Shown piece by piece: positions 10,286 through 20,416 of a DNA stretch of 64,000 nucleotides. This DNA is from Azolla caroliniana (taxonomy: Eukaryota; Plantae; Polypodiophyta). The DNA lies in assembly GCA_043228905.1 (NCBI GenBank), contig JBHGNT010000016.1, positions 1,798,001-1,862,000 of the forward strand, given 5' to 3'. The notes under the pieces are model-generated. The model saw only the letters and a program-made list of their open reading frames with translations. It ran no database searches and had not been told where the DNA came from. Within the stretch, counting starts at the first letter, position 1. Every line of letters begins with the position of its first letter. The position numbers and the translations under genes are program-made.

Positions 10286-11110
10286 TGTTGCAAAGTTTCG
10301 CGCTTGCGTATAGAAGGGGCAGGACCACGGGGGTCTTGGACTAGGGAGTGACGAAGCGTAGGAAGCCGACTTCTCTCTGGTCCCGACTGCGCTGGTGGTG
10401 GCGCGAACCGGACGCGTATCGATGGCTACCAAACACGAGAGAGGAAGAGAGGGCGAGAACACACGCGCAACACCGACACAACGCACACCTCTTATGTACA
10501 GGAAACACAAGGAAGGGAAAGCACCTGACATCGACAAAGACACGAATATGCACAACCCTGTATATATATATATATATATATGAATATAAGAGTGAGTTAC
10601 AACTCCTAGTCCGACTCGGACTGAGGTAGGCTAGGTCGCAACGGCAGTCTGCGGCCAAGCTGCCGTCGGGGAGCTCTCGGGCTCATCGCGCCGAGGGGAA
10701 GCAACCTACAACAAGGAGAGATACCACCTCGGCCGCGAGCCGGCTACGCACGGAAGAAGAGAAACTAACCTAACAGCTTGCCGTCATAGCTATTGCTCGA
10801 CTCCTCGAGAAGGAGCAGAAAAGAAACGAAGAAGAGAAAGAATGTAGCTAACCCTAGAAAGAAACACAAAACGGTATACCCTTAAGACTCAAAATGGGCA
10901 ACCCCTCTACAAGGGACCATCCCTTTCTTTTATAGAACAAGGAGAGGGATGTGTTACAATGTGGGATAAATCCCGATTTACATGGGATTCTTCGTCCCGA
11001 CTTAACTCCTATTATTCACACAATTATACGAGGGTGAGTGCACATGGTGCACCCCGCCGATGTAGCCAATATTTCCCGGTTTCCGCCTCTGGCCGAAATT
11101 ATTCACGACA
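10286..11110 (-). repeat. 5' LTR of the Trp-primed element
   Basis: Direct repeat of 5788-6625, followed on the minus strand by a 4-nt spacer and the PBS. Confidence 0.9.
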
Positions 11111-14100
11111 GCGCACAATTCCGACTACAAAGAGTATAGCGGAATGTACGGGCACAACACCGACTACGAAGATCGTGGCGGAATGTTCATGATGAAACAT
11201 AGAGCAAACTCTATGTCAGCCTCTACCTCAACTAGTGCCTCCGGTCCGGAAGACGTATGGTTCGTCGATTCCGGTGCCTCGAACCATATGACATCGCATC
11301 AAGAATGGTTCCGAGAACTTCGAGAGCCGAACCGACCCGGCTATGTCGAAACCGGAGACGACACTACGCACCCGATTCGGCACATCGGCAATGTTCCGTT
11401 CGGAAAAGAAGGTAAGCAAAATTACATTAAAAATGTCTTGCATGTACCGACCATTACGAAGCTTTTGGTCTATGTCGGCCAAATTGTAGAGCAAGGGATG
11501 CAAGTTCGATTTAATCAAGGCGGTTGCTTCATCGAAAAAGAGGGTCGACTCATCGCACGCGGACGAAGAGAGGGCCGAATGTTCATTCTCGACTCACATG
11601 AGATGAAATCGGCCATGTTCGCAAAGGGCATGAAAGCCGACTCCGACATAGAGCAGTGGCACAAGCGAATCGGCCACATCAATCTCAACAAAATCAAAGC
11701 AATGAAATCGAAAGGAGTCGTCATCATACTCTTGACATTCAAAGAGAAGGAGATTGAAGGTGTATGCGAAGCGTGCCAATTCGGCAAGCAACACCGACAC
11801 CCATTCCCGAAAGAGCGGAACGTGAGCAAAGGTCTACTCAACGTAGTCCATTCCGACGTATGGGGACCAACACAAACAGCTATATTCGGCGAATGCTGAT
11901 ATTACGTGCTCTTCATCAACGACTTCTCCATGCACACATGGATCTACCTGATGCGGCAAAAGAGCGAAGTGTTCGGACACTTCCAAATATTCAAGAATGA
12001 AGTCGAGAAAGCCACAGGCCGACATGTACGTTATCTTCGACCGGATGGCGGCAAGGAGTACTTCTTGGACGATTTCACGGCGTATCTCCAAAAGGAAGGA
12101 ATTCAACGAGAATTCACTTGCCGACACACTCCACAACAAAACGGAGTAGCTGAGCGCAAAAATCGGCACATCCTCGAAGTAGCGCGGGCCATGATGAACG
12201 AGAAGCATATGCCCAAGTCATATTGGGCCGAAGCTGCAAATATAGTCGTCTACCTAATGAACTGATGCACAACATCCGGCGTGCACGAGGTCACTCCGCA
12301 TGAAAAATACTTTGAAAAGAAGTCGGACTTATCACACACCCGGATATTCGGCGTGATAGTGTTCGTGCACATCCCCGACGAGAAGCTTCAAAAGCTTGAC
12401 CCGAAGTCGGAGAAATGTATCCTCGTAGGATACTCACTGGAGCAAAAGGGGTACAAGTGCTACAACCCTTCAACTCGAAAATCTCGAGTAAGTCGAGATG
12501 TCGTTTTTTACGAGTCCGCATCCTGGAACGCACCAGAGACAACTCCGACTCCAACTCCGCTCGACCCGGAATCCGCCGAACAAGAGATAGAGGATGAAGA
12601 TCGCCTTACGTGCATGTTCGAAGAAAGTCCGATCACGATCCGACTGAGTGGACCACAAGAGCCTTTGAGCGATCAAAGCACATCACGGCCTAGCCTGAAG
12701 ATGGACAAAGGCAAGGCGAAAATTTCGGAATACGAAGACGATCGCTTCGACGACAATGAGTTGACTCACTCACTCGACAATGAGTTCAGCAGCTTCGATG
12801 TACCAATCGGAGCTAAGAAAGCCCTCATCTCTGCAAATGAAAAGCTCCGTCGCTCCACCCGTGAAAAGAATCCGGTCAACCGATTCGGCTACAACGACTA
12901 CATGGCATATCACTATGCCTTTATAATGAAGGTGGCGACAATATGTGAGATGTAAACTTTTTCCGAAGCAGCCAAGGATCCACGATGGATCGAAGCCATG
13001 AATGAGGAGATGCAGGCACTACGCAAGAACAAGACGTGGGATCTCGTTCCCACCTCACTGCACAAAAAGGCGATCGGATGCAGATGGATTTACAAAGTGA
13101 AGTACAACACTAACGGTTCCGTCAACCGCTACAAAGCACGACTCGTAGCGAAAGGCTACGCCCAAACGCACAAAGTTGACTATGAAGAGACCTTTGCCCC
13201 GATGGCAAAGATGACGATGGTACGGACCGTGATAACGCTTGTCGCGGCGAAAGGGTGGCACCTCCATCAAATGGACGTCAAGAACGCCTTTCTCCAAGGC
13301 GAATTGGAAGAGGTGTACATGATACAACCACCCAGCTTCAACTCGAGCACCCATCCGAAAGTTGTATGCCGACTCAAGAAGCCACTCTACGGCCTCAAGC
13401 AAGCACCGCATGCTTGGCATTCGATGATAACGCAATATCTTCATCAAATCAGCTTCCGTATCTCAAAATCGGACAACTCCCTCTACATACGAAGTGATTC
13501 CGCCAGTCCGATCGTCATCATCTTATATATGGATGACCTAGTCATTGGAGGTGAGCATCTTGTCGAACTCAATAAGGTCAAATCCCTCCTTTCCGACAAG
13601 TTCGAGATGACGGACATGAAGGAGCTCCACTACTTCCTCGGCATCGAGGTAATTCGGACTTTGACCGGAATCATGATCTCTCAACGGCACTACATCCTCA
13701 ACTTGTTATACAAGTTGGGGATGGCTGAGTGCAAATCCACGGCAACCCCGCTCGATCGCAATCTCAAACTGGATGTGAACTCCGACACCAAAGCGTGTGA
13801 GCCGACTCAGTATTGGCAACTCATCGGGAGTCTCATCTACCTCACGATCACTCGACCCGATCTCAATTATCCGGTCGGTCTCCTTAGTCAATTCATGCAA
13901 ACACCGCGTGATACTCACTTGGATTGCGCTAAGCAAGTTCTACGATACGTGAGTGGCACAATGAATTGCGGCATCCTCTACAAGACCGTGATTCCAATAC
14001 GACTCGAGGGGTACACAGACGCCGATTGGGCCGGCTACAAAACCGATAGAAGATCAAACCTCCGGATTTGTTTTCTTCTTGCAGCGGAGCAATATCCTGG

Positions 14101-14400
14101 AGCAACAAAAAGCAACCAACCGTCGCTCTTTCGAGCATAGAGGCGGAATACAAGGGCACGGGCAATAGCTGCATGTGAAGCTGTATGGCTCAAAAGGATA
14201 CTCAAGGATCTGGGCGTACCCATCAAGAATCCGACTTCCCTTTACTGCAACAACATGAGCAGCATCTATTTGGCTTGAAACGCTGGCGATGTCGTCCTAC
14301 AACACATTAGTACCAATCTTCAAATGGTCGACATCTTCACTAAAGCCTTAGTAGCCGACAAGCTATGGCAATTCATGACCGATCTCGAATTGACGATCCC
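11111..14400 (+). pseudogene. Disrupted copia gag-pol of the outer element (PR, INT, RT, RH)
   Basis: ORFs 11144-11899, 11906-12265, 12281-12955 and 12998-14140 are collinear pieces separated by in-frame stops. There is a frameshift in RNaseH near 14060, and the NPVFHARTKHIE-type block is missing near 14280. Confidence 0.9.
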
Positions 14401-14695
14401 TGACCTGCCAAGCTTGAGGTGGAGTACTGAAGACGCTACGCAATAACGCGTGGATTCCGCAAACCGCGCACAATACGCAATAATGCGTGGATTACGCAAC
14501 CGCGAAGAGCCAATCTACCGCGCAAAGCCACGAAGAAAGACGCAAGCCGAAGCGCAGACTTCGCAACTACGCACAACGCAAGCTGGAGCACAGATTCCAC
14601 AACTCCGCATAAATGCGAGTCGACGCGGACTCCGGAACACGAGTCAAAGCGGATTTCAGATACCGTCTGAAACCCGACTTGAGCTTAAGGGGGCG

Positions 14696-15080
14696 TGTTG
14701 AGAATCAAGCTCAACTTGGTCTAGTGTGTGAACTCACCTTGAGAGTGAATAGACACTCCAACGGTCAAGAGTCACCATTATGTCACCTCTTTGTATTCTA
14801 GCATTTAGTATGAGTCATAGAATCATATTCTATGACACATAACTTATGAGCTTTCACATTCCCCATGCTCCATGAGTCTTGTAGTTAATGAAGAGAGAGG
14901 GTGACTATATAAAGCACCCTCCTCCCACCTTATATTCAGTCAAGTCTTTCTCCTTTGTTAATATACTTTTACCTTGCGTATTCTCTGTGTCTTACTCCTT
15001 GTCTCTCTCTCTCTCTCTCTCATACACACACATAACTCACATCTCTTCCGCTTCACAAGAATCATATCTGATTCTTTACA
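14696..15080 (+). repeat. 3' LTR of the outer copia element
   Basis: Starts TGTTGAGAATC directly after the PPT AAGGGGGCG (14687-14695) and ends GATTCTTTACA, an imperfect inverted repeat of the start. Contains TATATAAA at ~14906 and a (CT)n tract. The partner LTR is outside the window, so the right end is inferred. Confidence 0.7.
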
Positions 15081-15253
15081 TAGAACATTTACAATATCAG
15101 TCTATTATAAGAAGTAGGTTTATTATTTTATATAATTATATGCTATATTAATGGTTGGGTTCTTGATTATGTATTATAAGGTCTTGGGTTCAAGCCCAAG
15201 TGAAGCCACATAATGTTCACGAATTCATGACACTTACTTTGTCGATTATGCTG

Positions 15254-15382
15254 AATAATATTTACAACCATAGATTGACATATTCGCATTCGTGGGGTTT
15301 CCTATTCGAATACAATGATAAATAATATTTACAACCATAGATTGACATATTCGCATTTGTGGGGTTTCCTATTCAAATACAA
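15254..15382. repeat. Tandem dimer, ~66-bp unit
   Basis: AATAATATTTACAACCATAGATTGACATATTCGCATT..GTGGGGTTTCCTATTC.AATACAA occurs twice. Confidence 0.9.
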
Positions 15383-18103
15383 ACGAATACTTATACGAAT
15401 GCATGGTCAAGTATTCATTAAAAAAAAAGAGTACATGAATTCCAACGTATTTAGTTTCCTAGGATATAAAAAAAGGGACTTGACACCAACAATGTGGGTT
15501 ATAAATGTTCACCACAAATGGTCTTAGGCTTTAGCTAATATGTATGTTAGAGACTAGAGTTCATATTCAAATGGTATACGTAATTTCTTAGACGTTTATA
15601 AATATATGATGGTGATGATGCATTTAATGGTTGCATCATCATCACTTCCAAATAACGGGATTATCCAATGCGACAAGCCTTGTGTGACAACACATAATTT
15701 GGAAATACCATATACAATCTTTCTTACGATGTACGCAACCAAGGTAGTCGAAAACATAGTTCCATCAAATTCTTGCATGATCAAGTTTTGCTAGGACGGG
15801 TGTTAAATGTGCCACCTTGAAAAAAGCCATTTTTAAACAATGCAATTAAATTATATCGTTATGAGAATCTTTTCCATACTTAGCAAGCTTTGAAGATCCA
15901 ACAACAAAAGGTGAATTTTCAAACTTGAAACTTGAATTTGAAATTTGGATGGTGGATTTGAAATGTAGGTCATCAATTAAAAATGTGAATAAAATAAATT
16001 TCTAGTGTTAGAAATTGAATAATAAATTTGTTTGATGCAAATAATCTTGAAATAATAAATCAATTATTTCATACTGAGTTTTGGACTTTGCCTGATCAAA
16101 TTTTATAGAACTTTAGGCTTTAATATACAAAAAGCGTTAGTTGGGCTCAATATTGAAATTTGTGGGTCACTTACACCCACAACTCATGGACATATCTTTT
16201 GACGAATTCATTGTATTTTTATGTATTATTTCATGTTTACACAAATAAGCAATTGCAAAATGTTTTCTTTTCATATACATTGGGAACCTTCAATATAAAG
16301 ACATTCATCATTGTGTGGTTGGAATAAGTGTCTCTGTGTTTACAAAGAGCAAATGTTTATCCATGTTATGTTGGTGTTTTGGCAATTGGTCATTATTCTA
16401 GTCATTGTAAGGTTGGATGAGGTAGTATGTTCCATTTATTATTGTATAAGTAGTAGTTTTGGCCTTCTTGGCAAACAAACTACAACATATTAGTTTGACA
16501 TGCTAAAAACTATAGGAGGATGCCAGAAACTTACTTGCTTCATGTGACTTCTCAACTTTGTTATGAAGGCAAAACCAATATTGTGAGACTTTGGATTCTT
16601 GTTGAATTGCTATTGGCTATTGTGTGGTGATGTTATAATAAAGCAACAACATTGTTTGCTTATATGACATGTGATTGTAAGTCAACCATATTGTAATGGT
16701 CCTAACAAGACCCACAATGCCATCCATGTAAGTGGTATATCAATGCTAACAACTCACCACTACCCTAGAGATTTTTATGCAACTAATGGGGTGACAATTA
16801 ATTTTTACAACTTACTTCGTGAAGAATAATACATTTTGCATCTCTTTAAGGGATTGATAAAACATTGTATATTTCTAAAGAAATGAGCATTACATCATCT
16901 AACCTCTACACGGACTAACATGGATACAACATACATAATGTTTTGGTATATGATGGCATATTGAAGCCCTAAACTTGAAGAGAAGCAATTTAACATCCAT
17001 GTTTCTTGAAATTCACATTAAAGGCAGGTATGACGCGAAGGGTCTAATGCTTGTGTTTCTTGATGTTCACTAAAGGTGGGTGTTGGGAAAAAAGTCAACC
17101 CAAATCAAGATGCGTACCTTTTTTTTAATGGAAGTTGATTATCCACATGTCAAGATTGTTTGTTCTCTTCATGCATTAGCCGTAAGTATGGAAATTTTTT
17201 GACGACCGGATTGTCTTTGGAGTTGAAGTACCTTCATGCTTTGTAAACTTTACTCTCTAGTATGCTTAGGACTATATGCATATTGTGTTGTCAAAAGGAA
17301 ATGAGTATCATGCTAGCATAATCTAGGTATGTAGATGACTTCAAAACAAGTAATGATTGTCAAGTGACAACAACAATAGATTGGCATTTGGCTCATGTAA
17401 TAGTGGGTGCACAATATATTGTCAACATCAAAGGAATGTAACTAAAATCAATCAATACTAAATTCAAACGAGTATGTTGTTCAAAAAAGGTTACTAAAAT
17501 CTCAATATTTGAGAGTATTTATTCAAAAATATCTGATAGTATAGAGGCATGAACAATGTACACCATAAAAATTCAAAATTCAAATGTGGCTCTAGAACCA
17601 TGTGAATACTACAAACTACATGAAAGTTTGGTTGTGTTTTGAATAATATTGAACCCGAAATGATATCTAGTTTTCCAATCCAGTTGTTGGGAACTTTTGG
17701 TCATAGAAAAGTAAGTCTTGACCTTCATAGTGCTCCATGAAGGGCACAAGCATCATCAATGTGGTGATGTTACGTGACAATGATTTCTCTTAATGAAAAC
17801 AAAGGGAATTTTATAACTTGTCTACAACCTCGATGTAACAATTTCAATCAGGAAATGATTTGCCCCTTTACCATATAATGATTTTACTAGGTGTCTTGGT
17901 TTGTTTCCCACGAAGTTGGTCCACATCATCAACATGATTTGTTATTAACTAATCTCTCTCTCTCTCTCTTGGTGAAAACACACAATTATATTAATAAATG
18001 CACCGTGTGTGGAAAAACACTACTTAGAATGGGTATCACAATGGACTATGGTCACCCAATAACTACGCTACATGGGTCTTGGAACATGTTGAACTGCCAA
18101 TAG

Positions 18104-18207
18104 GCAAGACGAACACTCCATCAGGGAAAGAATTTCCACTTGCTCCAACAAAGAAAATTGCCACATTAGTACTCCCTTTGACTCTCTCTCTCTCTCTCTC
18201 TCTCTAT

Positions 18208-18239
<32 letters not shown>

Positions 18240-18579
18240 CTCTCTCTCTCTCTTACACATGATATACTTGAAGCTTGTCTTTCATCATATCTTGCTATTT
18301 CAATTCATTGTCTTAGATCTTGTTAAAAACGAGTTTATTTACATGCAAGACGAACACTCCAATGCTCCATCAAGGAAAGAATTTCCACTTGCTCCAACAA
18401 AGAAATTTGCCACATTAGTACTCCCTTTGACTCTCTCTCTCTCTCTATCACACACACACACACACACACACACTCTCTCTCTCTCTTACACATGATATAC
18501 TTAAAGCTTGTCTTTCATCATATCTTGCTATTTCAATTCATTGTCTTAGATCTTGTTAAAAACGAGTTTATTTACATGC
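18104..18579. repeat. Tandem dimer, ~241-bp unit containing (CT)n(CA)n(CT)n microsatellites
   Basis: GCAAGACGAACACTCC...AAAACGAGTTTATTTACATGC starts at 18104 and 18345. Confidence 0.9.
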
Positions 18580-18985
18580 TCTCTTACGAATGAATAATAC
18601 ATAATGCTTGTCTCTATTTGTAACCACGGAAATCATGTTGGAAAATGAATGAGCTCGGAGTTCGAACACAAAAGGAAGACACATGAGCCATAGAATCACG
18701 TGTCTGGAAAATGGCGGGGTGGAGCTCAAGGAAACATGTTGGAAAAACGTGGATGTATGGGCGATGCTTCGAAAGGAATCGGCAAAGGAAGACATCAAAC
18801 CCCCGTCTTTTGCTTTCAAGACCAAAAATCCTGTTCTTTCTCAAATTCAACAAGTGATATGTTAATTTTCTAGAAATAATACTCTGCTTTGGGAGGAACA
18901 CATCACCCTTCCAATTAAGTCGCGCAATGCTTTTAACTTAAAAGCTTCTACTACTAACCAACCGATCGGGATAAAGAAAAAAAGG

Positions 18986-19060
18986 GCGGGAAACCGTTTT
19001 TTTTTGTTTTGTTGGCGTAAAACAAAAGGAAAAAAACCCGAAAGTTTTTTGGGCGGGAAA
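18986..19060 (-). promoter_or_regulatory. Two E2F consensus sites (TTTCCCGC) upstream of the JASON-like gene
   Basis: GCGGGAAA at 18986-18993 and 19053-19060, in an otherwise A/T-rich stretch. Confidence 0.45.
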
Positions 19061-19761
19061 CGAGAAAAGTAAAAAAGCAAAAAGCAAAAAGCAAAAAGCA
19101 GATTGCTTCTTTAAATTAAAAAACATACGAAATCTCGGAAAAAGCAAAAAATTCGCTTTTTGCTGGGTTTGAATTTCGAAAGAGGAGGAAGGCGAAAAGG
19201 AACAGAAAAGAAGAAAGAGACGCAGGCAGGAAAGGCAGCAGAAGGAAGAATTGAAGGAAGCAGGAGCAGAAGCTGCAGAAGAAGCTGAAGAAGAAGGAAG
19301 AGCAGGAACGTGGAAAAGAAGAACAAAATCGCGGATAAAGAAGGAAGAAGAAGCGACGTGCATACGAAGAAGGCAAAGAAGAAGTGGAATCGGCAAGAAG
19401 GAGAAGAAGACGAAGACGAAGCATTGCTGAGGAAGACGATCGCAGAATGCAGAAGCTCCAATGGTAAAGCAGAAGCAGAAGCAGACATAAGAATAGCAGA
19501 AGATATGAGTCTTTTTTTTGTTACTTCGCCCCTTCTCTCTCTCCGATACCATCGCCATCGCCATTCCTTGACTGATGTAAGTATTGTACTTCTTCCTTCC
19601 TCATCCTGCAATCAATGCCCGAAGATCTTATTGAAACTTTCTTCTTGCCTTTCTCATGAACCACCTTATCCAGTCTTCTTATGAATTACCTGCATTGAAC
19701 GACTGAACAAGTGAAGAATTTTTACGTATTCAATCATTTCCACGTCTCCTTTGCACTTGCT

Positions 19762-19792
<31 letters not shown>

Positions 19793-20416
19793 ATCTCTAG
19801 CTCAGTTTTCTGTACTACTGTTGAGCCTTCATTGCCCTTTCATTTCTTTTCACTTTTCTGAATGACTGTATCCAGCCATCATCATTTCCTTCTCTCTCTC
19901 TATATATATGTCTGTATGTATGCAAATGTATGTGTATATTTGAACCACTGTGACTAGTCATATTCTCGACAATGCGTCATTAACTAAGATTCTTTCTTTA
20001 TTTATTTCACTGCTTATCGTAACATTGTCATTTGTACTTTCTCGCCTTAAATTCTATAACTGTTTAACTTAATTTGCAGGTACAATCCAGAGAACACGAA
20101 ACATAACATCCACAATATACTACATGAACACTCATGCGCTCTTTGCTCTCCAAAATCTTTCTTCATACATGTTTTCTTCTTGATTCTCTCTTATATTACT
20201 AGCATCGGAAATTAAGTGGCTCTACAGAAGCATCTACACACTCAGACACATTTCAATTATATTCTTGATATACACCAACAATATAACGTCTCAAACGATA
20301 TACAGAAGACAGAACTTGCGCATATACTCCACACTCGAAACCTTTGGCATAAGGTCTACATCGCAGGGATTTTTCAAGGGAAGCTTGAGTATCGTGCTCA
20401 AAATTTGAGAAGAAAT

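Larger units (their letters stand above)
5788..11110 (-). mobile_element. Non-autonomous LTR retrotransposon (gag-like ORF only, no pol), tRNA-Trp primed, probably Ty3/gypsy-derived
   Basis: Paired ~830-bp LTRs (5788-6625, 10286-11110) with decayed TGTCGCGAA...TTCGCGACA termini. TSD is GCGT/GCGC (4 bp, one mismatch). PBS at 10264-10281, PPT at 6626-6640. No PR/RT/RH/INT motifs are visible in any listed ORF. Confidence 0.88.
1..15080 (+). mobile_element. Outer, decayed Ty1/copia LTR retrotransposon; 5' LTR lies upstream of the window; interrupted by two nested elements
   Basis: Gag pieces join across the insertions: RG-rich gag plus CEYCRKLG (3-203), RKEECRKKMHETASTSQQLTNYA (5718-5786), AHNSDY...WFVDSGASNHMT (11111 onward). 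Copia order follows: protease, GAG-pre-integrase, integrase (VHSDVWGP, PQQNGVAERKNR), RT (QMDVKNAFL, LYMDDL), RNaseH (GYTDADWAG). It ends with a PPT and an LTR at 14696. Confidence 0.9.

Noticed and set aside
15400-18100. Possible decayed transposon in AT-rich intergenic DNA
   Set aside because: No terminal repeats or convincing protein motif could be read, so it is left unannotated.
18938-19684. 100-208 aa ORFs over the GAA/CTT-rich tract
   Set aside because: Low-complexity purine skew suppresses stops, and the products are compositionally trivial.
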